Shown in pieces: positions 24,305 through 37,564 of a stretch of 64,000 nt of DNA (the first letter of the stretch is position 1; every line of letters starts with the position of its first letter). Below the pieces are notes generated by a model. That model saw nothing but the letters and a program-made list of their open reading frames with translations, was not told the origin of the DNA and did no database searches. Location: assembly GCF_964355755.1 (NCBI RefSeq), contig NC_092670.1, positions 10,712,795-10,776,794 of the forward strand, written 5' to 3'. Source of the DNA: Antedon mediterranea. Taxonomy: Eukaryota; Animalia; Echinodermata. The translations under genes were made by a program, and so were the position numbers.

Positions 24305-25955
24305 CAGAGAAAAGGATTAGTAAGGCAGGATACGAATCATTGGGACCGAAGAAGACCAGTAAGACAGGATACGAAATATCGGGATCGAAGAGGACCAGTA
24401 AGACAGGATACGAATCATCGGGACCGAAGAGGACCAGTAAGGCAGGATACGAATCATCGAGACCGAAGAGGATCGGTAAGGCAGGATACGAATCATCAAA
24501 ACCGAAGAGGATCAGTAAGACAGGATACGAATCATCGGGACCGAAGAGAACCAGTAAGGCAGGATACGAATTATCGGGACCGAAGAGAACCAGTAAGGCA
24601 GGATACGAATCATCGGGACCGAAGAGGATCAGTAAGGCAGGATACGAATCATCGGAACCGATGAGGACCAGTAAGGCGGGATACGAATCATCGGGACCGA
24701 AGAGGACCAGTAAGGCAGGATACGAATCATCGGGACCGAGGAGGACCAGTAAGGCAGGATACGAAATATCGGGATCGAAGAGGATCGGTAAGGCAGGATA
24801 CGAATCATCGGGACCGAAGAGGACTAGTAAGGCAGGATACGAATCATCGGGACCGAAGAGGACCAGTAAGGCGGGATACGAATCATCGGGACCGAAGAGG
24901 ACCAGTAAGGCAGGATACGAATCATCGGGACCGAAGAGGATCAGAAGGCGGGATACGAATCATCGGGACCGAAGAGGACCAGTAAGGCAGGATACGAATC
25001 ATCGGAAGAGGACCAGTAAGGCAGGATACGAATCATCGAGACCGAAGAGGACCAGTAAGGTGGGATACGAATCATCGGAAGAGGACCATTAAGGGAGGAT
25101 ACGAATCATCGGAAGAGGACCAGTAAGGCAGGATACGAATCATCGGAAGAGGACCAGTAAGGCAGGATACGAATCATCGAGACCGAAGAGAACCAGTAAG
25201 GGAGGATACGAATCATCGAGACCGAAGAGAACCAGTAAGGCAGGATACGAATCATCGGGACCGAAGAGGACCAGTAAGACAGGATACGAATCATCGGGAC
25301 CGAAGAGGACCAGTAAGGCAGGATACGAATCATCGAGACCGAAGAGGACCAGTAAGGCAGGATACGAATCATCGGAAGAGGACCATCAAGGGAGGATACG
25401 AATCATCGGGACCGAAGAGGACCAGTAAGACAGGATACGAATCATCGGGACCGAAGAGGACCAGTAAGACAGGATACGAATCATCGAGACGGAAGAGGAC
25501 CATTGAGGGAGGATACGAATCATCGGAAGAGGACCATTAAAGCAGGATATGAATCATCGGAAGAGGACCATTAAGGGAGGATACGAATCATCGGAAGAGG
25601 ACCATTAAGGGAGGATACGAATCATCGGAAGAGGACCATCAAGGGAGGATACGAATCATCGGAAGAGGACCATCAAGGGATCAGATTCGAATCATCGGAA
25701 GAGGACCATCAAGGGAGGATACGAATCATCGGAAGAGGACCATTAAGGGAGGATACGAATCATCGGAAGAGGACCATCAAGGGAGGATACGAATCATCGG
25801 AAGAGGACCATCAAGGGAGGATACGAATCATCGGAAGAGGACCATCAAGGGAGGATACGAATCATCGGAAGAGGACCATCAAGGGAGGATACGAATCATC
25901 GGAAGAGGACCATTAAGGGAGGATACGAATCATCGGAAAAGGACCATTAAGGGAG
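24305..25955. repeat. Purine-rich minisatellite, 39-bp units grading into 34-bp units, in intron 1 of gene B
   Basis: gaccgaagaggaccagtaaggcaggatacgaatcatcgg changes to gaagaggaccatcaagggaggatacgaatcatcg. Confidence 0.95.
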
Positions 25956-28407
25956 TGTTTAATTGCAGGAATGGCTCAAAGATTTTAAGACATATTGTAC
26001 ACATTATTATTTAGATCTAGATGTAAAGTTTGATGCCATATTAAGTCATTTGGGGGATCGGCTAAGGAAACTAGGTACATTACCAAATGTCCATATTGGG
26101 TACAAGTAAAAATTCCAGAAAAGCCATTCAAGTATTACAAACTTTTTTACCGTTCTGGGGGACAATTACATCTTTAAGCGTGAGGTTAGCACTCGTAAAA
26201 AAGAAAAGCATTACATTCAGTTGGTAAATTAACTTCTTTAAACATGACTGACAAATTAATAAATAACATTTTGAATTAAACTAAATATATACAGTAGAAT
26301 GGACAGAAAAGGAGAAAGAAATACTATAAAAAAAATCAAACAAAGAAGAAACTTCGTCCGTTTATGTATTGAATTGGAAAAGTTGTGTATTGAGGGCGCT
26401 GCGTTGTCATTCTGTAATTAAACATACAGGTGATTGTGTGTGATATAATGCCGTGCGTAAGCAGAGCGGGTCTTTTGTTCGTTACAGTTGTTATTTTGCA
26501 TTTGCAGTTGTTAGCATATATGTAAGTTATTGTATTATATACTGTATTTAGCAACTGAATTACATGTAATTTACTTGGTTATAATAACATTACAGTTCTT
26601 GTTCATATCGTAGGCCTATGTAGGCCTATAAGCAATTTACCAAACTAATAATCATGCTGTGCTTAGCAATAAATGTGTCTTACATTTACAATATTTATCT
26701 TAGTTTTGATATGTTTCGAATGATTTTCGGGCGACTATTATATGTAGTCAATGTGCTCGATCAGAAGTAATGGGTCCACACATGTGTTTAGGGCAAGTTG
26801 CCGTGTCACGAACATCAAAGAAATTAGAAACCCTGTCTAATGAGGAAAATGTTAAAAGATACTAACATCAAAACAAAGGTAAAATGTGTAAAATATAGTC
26901 TGATATCGGGTAATAAATACATAGTTTTAAGTATTATAATAGGATACAGTTTTCCTTCTGTAGTTAAATTAATTAAATTAACTAAAACTAAACTTTAGTA
27001 CTGTGCTTATTCCGGGGGTAGGGGAGTTACTCCCTGTACAAACAACTCTAATTTTTCAGAACCATCGTCGTACAGCCGTCGCTAATCAAACAATTCTTCA
27101 TCTATACACACACACACACCAGGAAAGAGGGTTCAAACCATCCGTTAAAATGATTTACCATATAACAAGGATTTGACCATGTAAACAATGTTTTTGTTTG
27201 GCTGTTAATGGAGTCATTTTAACTCAACAGCCAAAACGAAAACATTGTTTATTGAACAGGTTTATACACGCTAGCACACATCTCATAGACCTTCCCAGAC
27301 GTGCTTTGGGGGTTGAGGATGCATGATCCTAAATTTGTCCTTTTTAGGTCATATGCATACATATTATTTTCAAAAGCAATATATATTTCTATTTCTATAT
27401 TTCTTTTCACATTTACTTTAAATAGGTTAAAATAATGAGTGTAATTGATGCGTCAAAACTATGACCTCTTCTGATTCCAACACATATAGACCTATTAACA
27501 TTGCTTAACATTAAATCGTTGAAAATTGAACTTGTTCACAATCTTAATATAAATGTGACAAGGTGACAATTTCTTTGTTACAAAAATGATACGTAGGTTA
27601 ATCTATTTTGTGTATTTTAAACTCTTCTATGAAGAAATTTCAACTGGAAATTCTTTAATAAACAAATTATTGTACAACTATGCCATTCGACTTGTAATAT
27701 TTTGGGCTTTCTTCCAATTTTTGCATACCTATACGTATACCAATTTCCATTTCCTTTTCCATCGTCTATTGTAGCAAACGGTAACAAAATATCACTACCA
27801 ATCAACATTGGTATAAACCTCCATATAAAGAATCAATTTATTTAATATAGAAGTTTGCAAAAATTTATACTTACTCCTTTCAATGTAACAAAATTTAGGC
27901 GTTTGAATTATGTTTTCAACTGATGCTTTTTCCAGTTTTTTCTGACTGATTTGACAAACACTATCTTTCTGGTTATAGTTAACAGACAGGCAATCGGATT
28001 GCTTGGAACATTCCAGCAAACAATTTAGTTTATGTATATTCTTCAACTCGTATAGTAACTCCAACCTTCAAGAGCATGCCCTTGGAGAATAACAGTATAA
28101 TTATATGTATTGATCGAATCATCACTGATGACAAATGACAGAAGTAAGACAATTAAAGTTAGCATTTCGACGTTTTTAGAATTATGTAGTGACGAATGAA
28201 ACGGTTATTGTGCCAATACAATCTACAATTCGTCTTAAAATACTCGATGATACTGTATGAGTTACCTAATGTGGTACGAACTATATTTTTATCTTTTACA
28301 TATTCCATTATCCAATCACTTTACATACAACCCAGTGTGCACCAATCAAAATGGTGATAGTAAGATATGATTTACATAAACAAAGTTAAACATGAGGATA
28401 TAGTAGG

Positions 28408-30706
28408 GAGGCCAATGTGAGCTTTTTCATCATTGGGGACATTTTCTGTTAATAGCAGGCAACCATGTGGAATATGTTCCTTATGGGATGAAAAAAAAAA
28501 TAGGGGTGGATGCCGCTCTCAAATTTCAAGTTAAAGGTCATTTTGAAGGTTATAAGGTCAAATATGGTAAAATCGGGATTTAAGGTGTTTTCAACAACTT
28601 ATAAGCAAATTAAAACATATTTAACAATAATTGACATCATGTCGATGATGATCAAGTTTTTCAATATATCAACTTAAAAGTTTAAAGGTCATTTTCAATG
28701 TTATAAGGTCAAATTATGGTAAATTCATGTTTTTTAGCTGGTTCAACAATGTACAAGCAATATGAAACAAATGTAACAATTATTAGATAATTATTGACGT
28801 ATTATAGAAGATGGTTAAGTTTAAAGGTCATTTTCAAGGTCATAAGGTCAAATAGAACACAGACCTGTTAATTATTATCAGTATTAATAATTTAAATAAA
28901 TATAAATAAATAACTAATTTTCATGAGGATAACCTGCTGGGGCTGATGGGTAGTGATGTGTCAAAATTACCAGAATTGTCCTGGGGAGATTTTAAACTTG
29001 ACATTTCATGGGGAGTCATGGAATATAAAAATAACCGGAATTTAAGATTTTTAAGAATTTTAAAAGAATCACAGAGGGGTTGTGGGTTGGAAGAGACCAT
29101 GGAATATCAACATGAGCGGAATTTGTACTTGGAATGTTTTAAACTACTGGTGTAGGATTGGGAGAGGTAGCCGCACTGGGGTGGGTATTTCTTCTATTAC
29201 ATAATATAATTGCATGCATATTAGCCAGCTGGGTATTCAACAATCACACATGCATATTTACGGCAACAAATATATCTGGCTCTTTCATTTCATTTTGACC
29301 ATAATATTGATTTACAAATTCCATTTACAAGGAGTGGATGCGTTACGAATGATTTCCAGTATGACTGCTTCCCATAACCATCAAATGATGATGTCTTGAC
29401 ACCTGTAAAGGTACGAAAGCTGTTTTGATTATCCGTAATATTTTTTCGGCCACTTTTTTGTTCAGTATACCAGATATCGTCCTTTAGTATGTTTGCTATA
29501 AGACTTAAAAAGTGCACATTATTACACATCAACTGTCATGTATAAGCACATAAGCTTCTTCGTGATTGATATAGCAGATCATTTCTCCTTGTTTACCTTG
29601 CATCTTGAAAATCTACCCACTGTTACCAACTCGTATTATTCTTGAACTGTTCTCTATGTATTCATTATCTAGGTAACTAAAATGCCTGACAGCCATGTTT
29701 ACTGAATCCTTAAACTAGTAATGAATGATTATCATGTTTTTAAGTTCCAGCTTCTGGAACATCTGTGAGTATGTCAACGCCATTCACCATTAAATTATGT
29801 ATGAAGTCAGATTTGACTAAAGAAATTGAAATTGAACTATGATCAGGCTCTACTTTATGATATTGACCAACTCCAATGGTTGGTCAGCAGATTTTCTGTC
29901 AGCTTTTTTTCGTAAATTTTGTTTTGATATGCACTATTAGAAATGGTTGCCTTATAGAAATCAGCAAAGGTTTAGAGCGATGCTTTCTCAGTGGCTTATA
30001 AAATTCTACTGTTTTTCTCTTTCTTTAAATGTAAGCTCTTCCACATCATCCGTCAGGTTGAAAAGATATTGTGTATGTACCATGTCATGCAGAACCTATC
30101 ACTGAATGAATTGTTTCTTGTTGTACCATAGGCCTATAATTCTATAGGCCTAACAAACTTCTCAATATTACGTTATATATAGATAGTAATAATATTATAG
30201 TAAAATATGAATATTTTGGCACATATGGCGTTTCATACCTATAATAATTTAACTATTTTCCCGACTAAAATCGAAACGCTGACTGGTGGACAACATAAAA
30301 AAAGACAAATTAACAACAGACTGGGGAAAGTCTAAAAAAAATTTGTTGTAATTAAAAGATGTTTTATCTGAATTATGTTAAAACAAAATTTTGAGAAAAT
30401 GACACTTTTGTATTTAATTTCCTATATTTTTATGTGTAGAATAAAATGCTTATCTTATAATTACTATAATATAAAACATTAGTTGATCTTTGTTGATGAT
30501 TTTCCATGAATAAAGTAAAAATCCCATATTTTGACCTTGTTTGACCTTTTGACAATATAAACTTACCTTAAAACCTAAAACTGAGAATGGCATCCACCCC
30601 TATCATTTTTTGTCAACCCACAATGGATACATTCAACATGGTTGCCTGCTATTAACAAAAAATGCCCCCCAAACCTTTTCTAGAGGACTTTTGAGTATTT
30701 GGCCTC
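28408..30706. mobile_element. 2.3-kb TIR element (GAG...CTC ends, Sola-like) inserted ~240 bp upstream of gene B
   Basis: Imperfect ~110-bp TIRs (gttaatagcaggcaaccatgt...ataggggtggatgcc); homology to the gene A upstream region resumes after 30720; TSD not clean. Confidence 0.7.
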
Positions 30707-32471
30707 ATGTTAAACATGAGGATATGTTGTTTTTTAGACGCATTTAATTTTTTATTAATTTTATAAATTGGGCAATATTAGGCTTCACGTATCTTGGTAG
30801 GCTCATGAAGTAATTAACACATCAACAGTATTGGGTGCATGTCATATTGTCCCTGTTTAATGTGATGGTCTCTTCATACCTCCACCTCCCGCAGCAATAC
30901 TTCAAAGCTAACAATAACATTAATGTACAATAAAAACAGTTATAATAATATTGACAACATTGGCAGATTATCCTCCACAGAGACATATTTGGAAAATGGT
31001 GTGATGTTTATGAGACAGTAAACGTCATCCATGACGATTATGTATATAAGTGCGATGACGTCTTTCAGAATTCAGAGTTTTACATTTAAAGTTTCTTATT
31101 TTTCCATTCACATTTCACTAAATAAATGTGTGAGGTGTAAGATTTTTAAAACGTGATGTATTGAATACAGTATTCTAATTTAAAGTTTTTTGGAGAGTAG
31201 TCCTACAATGAGTGGACATTTGTATGCACAAAAACATCCCATAAACAATCGGTTCACCTCCACGGCGGTGCAATAATTCAATTCAATTCAAATAAACATT
31301 TATTTCTTTCATTCATATTTGAGTAAAAAAAAACATTATAATTTCTGATATTTTATAAATAATTTTTTTTTTTTTTTTATAGATACAATACAGTAAATCA
31401 TAATGTATAAAAAGATGATTCAGTTATATACAAAATGAAAGAGGCAAAAAAACCCAAGAAAGTATCGATCAATTGGAAAAAAAAAATCCAATTGAAACTT
31501 GTATGTTGGGAAGCCATGTAAGAAGAGTTTATGAAAGTTGGGACGAGAAAGTTAGTCAGGAACAAATAATATTTTATATGCATTTTCAAATATTGTTTGT
31601 TATCCGAGTAAGATTCTTTAGGAGCGGGATAACATTTTCCAAAACTACAAATTTGTTTTACTCTAAATCTGCTCCGGTGAGTGTGATTTTCAAAATCTTT
31701 TGTCCAGATACAATATTTAATTTGCATGTCGTATACGTATTCCAATTGAATCGTGTGAATTTTCTGTATGCACGTCCCCCATCAATAAACATATTAATCA
31801 TTCATTCATTAAACCATACTTACAAAATCAATTGCATCACATAAGAAAAAAACAAGTTTATCTCAGGATGTCCATCATTTTGTTATGGAGCCTGGATGAT
31901 TCAAATGATGATAGTAATACTTCTTTCTTGGAGATACAAGAAATATTTATTATATATGGCCTTTGGCCCAAATAATATACAATGTAATACAATATTAAAT
32001 AAATATCATTTGAATGCGTTTAAATGAAAAAAATAAATATTTTCCAAGTTTAACAATAAGATCAGAATTTGTGATAGACATAAGATCAATATATTTTAAT
32101 TTAGTTGGGTTGTTTGTATAAAAGGAAAACATATATTTAGTTCTAATATCTTCATAAAATGGACAAACTAAAGTCAAATAATATTCATCTTCAATTGATT
32201 GTAAAGCACATAATTTACATAATCTTTCATTTCTATTTATACAATTCCATCTTCCTTTTTCAATTTATAATTCTAAAATTCCTAATCTTATCTTAGCAAT
32301 AATTTGTCTATGTTTGTAATTTGTTACTTTAGTTAGATATTCTTCAATTCCAAAATTATATTTAATGTGTTTGTAATATTGGAGCTTAGAGTGTAGCCTA
32401 GTATCTTCATAGAATTTTTGTCGTTCAATGTCTGTAAGCCTTTGTTTAATATTTGAAATAAAAGTATATAT

Positions 32472-34221
32472 GTGACCTGCTCTGGCATAGTGAAACATAA
32501 CTCGCTGATCTTTATTCAGTGTATTGACCTATAGAAGTACTATGTACGTTAAAAATCACTATCTTGGTGAAAATAGGGTTTTCCCCTTTTTGGAATCTAC
32601 AACTATTTAAGAATCAAGATCAAGTTTTATTTTGTGTGAATTAAGTTTATAAAAGGGCTAAATAAGTGATTTTAATGAGTACCTTTTATGTCTTGATTTC
32701 ATTTTGTTGCAAAAAAATGAAATAAAGTGCATGAAACACTGTTAGAAAACTGTGCAGTTTATGAAAATATTTGTATAGCTACCTTTAGAAACATGGTAGA
32801 GTCTGAAAATTTAAATATTCATAAGCCATATTCAGTGGGTATTTCAAGTAGTTTTCAATATTTTTGGCTTCTTCAGCGGGAATTAGAGGAGGTAAAAAGC
32901 TTCTCTGATGTGATTTTTACACAACAGAAATCCGTTGTCAAGGATACGCCACGTAATGGCTAGCGCGTAGTAGAAATACAGTACTGTAATTGGCTTATCC
33001 TTATAATGACCTTTGACCTGTTTACTTTTTACGCGGAGAAGAGAGTGTAAACAATTCAGATTTAAGATAATCGATGGATCTAGTCTAGGGCCTAGGCCTA
33101 GGCCAAATACAATGACTAAAAAATAAAAACATAATGAGAGTAGCAAAGGACCTATGATATTAAATTATTACAGCCAGTGTAGTGACTAGCCTCTAGGCCT
33201 ACTAAGTAGCCTTTTGGACTCCAGGCTGGGTCCTTCTAGGCCTACTGGTCCTAGCCTAGCTAGGCCCTAGGGTAGGCCTAGCAGGTCTAGACTAGACTAG
33301 CTAGGCCTAGGTAGGCTAGCTTGGTAGGTTGCAGGGCAGATAGGCCTAGCTAGGATAGGTAGGCTAGGCCTAAGTGGCACTTTTATTTGCCTACATATCA
33401 CATAGGCCTACCATATTTATTGTTTTTACATAATAAGTATTGTATTAATTCATGTTATTGTAGGCTATTATTATGCACTTACACCAACATAATTTCATGA
33501 ACATTACACAATTTTAAGTAAATGCTTAAAACAAACTTAATACATTAGTATATGCTTAAAACATATCCATTATTTAATTGATTAAAGCAATCGCATAATG
33601 TTATTTAAGTTGTATTTGTTATCTAATCAGCAGGCACTACACAACTAAAATTTAAATTATTTAAGTAACTTTTAAGAACGTACTTAAATCCAGTAGTTCA
33701 AGAAATGGTATTTAATGTTATATAACTTAATTTATTGTATACATTTAATTAATTCTTAAAGAATAATACAGTTTTTTTAGTGTAAAAACATTAATTTACC
33801 CCCTTTTTTACCATTTTAAGCAAGTGCTTAAAAGAAACACAAGTATGTACTTAACATAGAATGTGGAAATATTTTTTTGTATGCATTGTCACAGTAATCA
33901 ATATCCTACCAAAAAACATTTCATTGTATCATATTTTATGAATGTGTGATACTTAGAAAGTATACACTATTAGATTAACAAATATTAATTTGTGTTGTTT
34001 TATAAAATAACATTGACATTCAATCATGATTTTCTCAAAACTGTTATTTGTATATTTCTTTATACATGCTTCGACTTAACGTACAATATCTCGGGATCCC
34101 CTTCATGTTAAATATTAAGTTTGGTATCATTCTAAAGGATATAACATTTCCTACCAGATAGAATACAAATCTGAAAAATTTAAATTTTCGACTTATGTTT
34201 CACTTTGCCAGAGCAGGTCAC
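32472..34221. mobile_element. Non-autonomous TIR DNA transposon with ATAT TSD (Sola1-like)
   Basis: TIR gtgacctgctctggca.agtgaaacataa; ATAT on both sides; removing the element and one TSD restores the LINE frame (QQVNNIYTF). Confidence 0.8.
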
Positions 34222-34471
34222 ATATATTATTAACCTGTTGTGAGTACCATATGTTACCAAATCCATTTATGCATAGTATTTGTTTTACGTCATTGGCCCA
34301 ACATTGATCATTTCTTTGAGCTTTTCTATATTGAAAATCATAACATTGTTTAATAAATTTGTCATTATCCATTTGGATTACTCTTAGCCAGTAACGAATT
34401 ATATTAATGATAATTTGAATTTGGATAGTAAATCTTCCACATTCTCCTCTCACTGCAACACTTGGTGCAGA

Positions 34472-34700
34472 ATTTTTTTTTTAAACACCATATTTAATGA
34501 GGGTTATCCATCCAGCTATTGCTGATCATTAGGGACCCTCAGAGGTTCACACGACAAACATATACACAAGATGCTCTACATAAACAAAGTCTTATTACAA
34601 GTCTTTGGGAGTGAATTGTAATTTGGTCCTTAGAAAAAATCCTGACATGTGACGGGACTTGGAGTGGTAGCCAAGCATCATAACCACCAAGCCACAACTC
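34472..34700 (-). mobile_element. tRNA-derived SINE-like insertion with A tail
   Basis: Interrupts the LINE at ILGV^NSAPS; minus strand starts with an A-box-like TGGCTTGGTGG and ends in poly-A; B-box unclear. Confidence 0.55.
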
Positions 34701-35090
34701 CACTCCTAGAATGTATTTACAGAATCTTAGATGAACTTTCTCTAATACTGATATATCATTTAAACCCCATATTTCGCTACCATAAAGTAGGATTGGCATA
34801 ATCTTAATATCAAATATGGTTCCATATATTAACTTGGAGGTTGCCAAAACGCATATGGGTCAATCCCTTCAATGTGAACAAAGCCTTATTAGCTTGTTGA
34901 CAATTGTATTCTTTAGCTATTCCAATTACCATTTGAGTTGAAAACAACTCCTAAATATTTAAAGGATTTGTCAATGTCAACTGTATTTCCATTGTAATTC
35001 CATTGTTCAAATTTGTTAAGACTACCACCATTCTTAAACACTACAATATTACTCTTGTTAACATTGACAGTTACATCCCATCTTGTACAA

Positions 35091-35640
35091 TATCCCTTTC
35101 ACACCAAAAGCAAAACTCCGGAGACACTCCGGAGTTGACGCCCCGCTGCTGTTTGGTGTGAAAGGTAAAATCAAGCAACTCCGGAGTTTAAAACTGCGGG
35201 GTTGAACAGCTGAACATTCTCCGGAGAGCGAACTGCGGGGACACCCCGGTGTTTTGGTGTGAAAGGTACCAACATCAAACTCCGGAGTGTTTCGGGTCAA
35301 AAGGTCATCCTCACACGATCACTCATTGCTTTAGTTTTATTTCAAAATACTTTAAATATTTTTAAAAAATATATAGCGGGTTTAAAAAAATAATAAGTAG
35401 TATCAATAAAACGTTATATTACTTCTAAGACTTTTGAAAGTAATTATTAAATTTATAATATTATTAATTAAAATGATTCTAATGATCGTCGCTATGTAAA
35501 CAAACAAAATAGAGGGCGACATTTACAATGTTATTTTGTAAACCCCGGTGTTGCTAGGTTGGTGTGAAAGGGGTATCTCCGGGGTTTCTCGACGTTTTGA
35601 ATGGTCATAAACCCCGGGGTGTTTTGGTGTGAAAGGGGTA
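35091..35640. mobile_element. Harbinger-derived MITE
   Basis: TIR ta.ccctttcacaccaaaa; internal repeats of ttcacacc/ctccggag; left ~250 bp match the element starting at 61506. Confidence 0.85.
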
Positions 35641-35813
35641 CAATAGTAGATAACTTGTTTAAATAATATTGTAGACCATAAACGGTATCACCGAATAATA
35701 TAAGGTCATCTGCATAGAGTAAATGATTAATTTTTAGATTTCCTATTTGGATTCTATGCCCGTCGCCTTCCTCATTTAATGTTTCACTCAAATCATTAAT
35801 AAAAATATTAAAT

Positions 35814-36549
35814 AACAAGGCCATATAGATGGCTGCAGTCGCGTGCTTAGTGTTTACCGACCGACCGACCAACCTACCATCTGACCGAAATTACTGAACA
35901 TGTTTTAAAATGTTGAAATGTTTAAAAACAGTAAATATTTTTTTAATTTACACGTGCGTAGCCTGTCACTTTTGACGTGCTCGTATAACGTAATTTCGAA
36001 TTGAAAAGTAAGTCAAGAAAACAGAAATCGGGCAAAACGATTGCGCAATAACATTTAACGCGCAGCGCGCGCGCAAAAATCTGCGCACTCATGGCAATTT
36101 TGTAAACGCTTAAAATTGCCTGACACGTACTCTTATTTCATCGAAAATAAATTTTGAAAATTGTAAGCGTGCGTACGCATGCGTTACATGCGCTACGCAC
36201 GTAATTGTATTGCCATATGATGATTTATGCCCTGAAATTTATGAATTGTGATTCATGGTTGTGAAGATATGATTACAAGCGTGATTTCGTTAAATCGTGC
36301 GTAGACCGCGTAATTTTTTTATTGCGCACCGTGAAAACATAACCACATCGATTCCTGGCCATAAGGAATATACTGTGAAAAATTGACTTAGCTAGATTAA
36401 ACTGATATCAAGATAAGGTCAGAAAGCGATAAAACGCATAGTGATACCGGACCGACAGACCGACAGACCGACAGACCGACAGACCGACAGACCGACCGAC
36501 CGACCGACCGACATAGTAAACTATAGAGTCGTTTCCACGCGACTAAAAA
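35814..36549 (-). mobile_element. HINE (non-autonomous Helentron, DINE-1/pearl type)
   Basis: Subterminal inverted repeats agtcgcgtg, (cagaccga)n/(ccga)n microsatellite near one end, terminal hairpin gccatatagatggc, inserted in a T-rich site without TSD. Confidence 0.75.
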
Positions 36550-37564
36550 GGACGAGAGTGGCGAACCCTGTTGTATACCTATTAAACATTTGAAAGAATT
36601 ACTAATATTGCCGTCGACCTTAACATGTGCTGATAACTTATTGTACATTGAATTAATAACGTTTAACATTTTTCCTTTTACTCCTTAATTTTTTAGTTTT
36701 ATGTGAAGATATTGATGTCCTACGGAGTCAAAGGCTCGTTTAAAATCAATGAAAGCAGCATACTTTCCCACGTTTTTTTCCTAGGTATTTGTTAATTATT
36801 GTGTTAAGAATAAATACATTATCCGATGTTCTGAACCCCTTTCTAAAACCGGCTTGTTCCTGATGTAGAATGTTATTATCTTCTGCCCAAAATTGTAATC
36901 TTTTATTAATAAAATAAAAATTTTTTAGCAAAAACAGGAATAAGTGATATTCGTCTATAATTATCTGGTTGTTCTTTGTCACCTTTTATAAATATTGGGA
37001 CAATAAGGCTGGTTGCCCATTGCTGTGGAAACTGTCCTGTATTATAAATTATATTATATAATTTTGTTATTAGATTGATTACATTTTGAGATGAGTGTAT
37101 AAAAAGTTCTGGTAATAATCCATCAATTCCAGGTGATTTACCTGTTTTTTGGATTTAATGGCATGAATTACCTCATCTACTGTAATGTCATTATTTAGTT
37201 CGTTTTCATTTACAGCAGGTTCATTATTAATGACTTTCTACAGTTTGATTATCTCTATTTTCATTATTATGAAATAAGGATTCGAAGTGAGTGCGCCATG
37301 TATTAATACGTATGTTATTTGGAAAATTTTGTTTTGTTTGTTTTAGTTTAATCCAGAATGATTTTGAGTTTTTTTCTCCTAATGATCTAATCAATTCTGT
37401 ACGTGATCTTTTAATATAGCTGTATTTCTTATTTCTTATTAATGTTTTATATTCTTTTTTTATTTCCAGGTATGCATTAAGCAATGTTTGTGTACGATCG
37501 TGTCGGAATCTATTTAAACTTCTTCGAACTTTGTTTTTAAGTGTAAGACATTGATTGTCATACC

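Larger units (their letters stand above)
21296..28165 (-). pseudogene. Gene B: divergent PAN + FReD paralog with a 5-bp frameshifting insertion in exon 1; the FBG exons are intact
   Basis: Exons 28165-27875, 24200-24064, 22707-22446 and 21546-21296. From ATG 28165 it reads MLTLIVLLLSFVIS...EGWSYYTS* because of 5 extra bp (plus strand 'tatag' near 28051) versus gene A; the PAN cysteines continue in another frame. The three FBG exons have the same lengths as in gene C (137/262/251) and are open. Confidence 0.75.
31930..37560 (-). mobile_element. Degenerate RTE-X-like LINE split by four nested insertions
   Basis: Pieces rejoin as EQAGFRKGFRTSDNVF, DFKRAFDSV, GIQQGSPLSS/LLFNIFIND, LLYADD, IMPILLYGSEIWG, VHLRFCKYILGV, RGECGR, and a C-terminal RLC..C...IEDEYY...CP zinc knuckle. 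Clade assignment is from recalled motif style. Confidence 0.82.

Noticed and set aside
24283-25372. Repetitive protein genes from the ORF track
   Set aside because: The open frames are a by-product of a 39-bp unit; no ATG start for the longest ORF, and the frame is broken by 34-bp units.
27183-27250. Short inverted repeat as an ncRNA or terminator
   Set aside because: Intronic mini-foldback, most simply a MITE relic; no supporting RNA features.
31275-31850. ORFs 31398-31745 and 31473-31844 as genes
   Set aside because: No recognisable motifs; the adjacent (ttgaa)n tail suggests a decayed LINE 3' end, too weak to call.
33180-33410. Dense ctag/ggcc palindromic tract (also ~62080-62220 and 62500-62600)
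   Set aside because: Low-complexity aggcct/ctag-rich sequence inside transposons, with no regular period.
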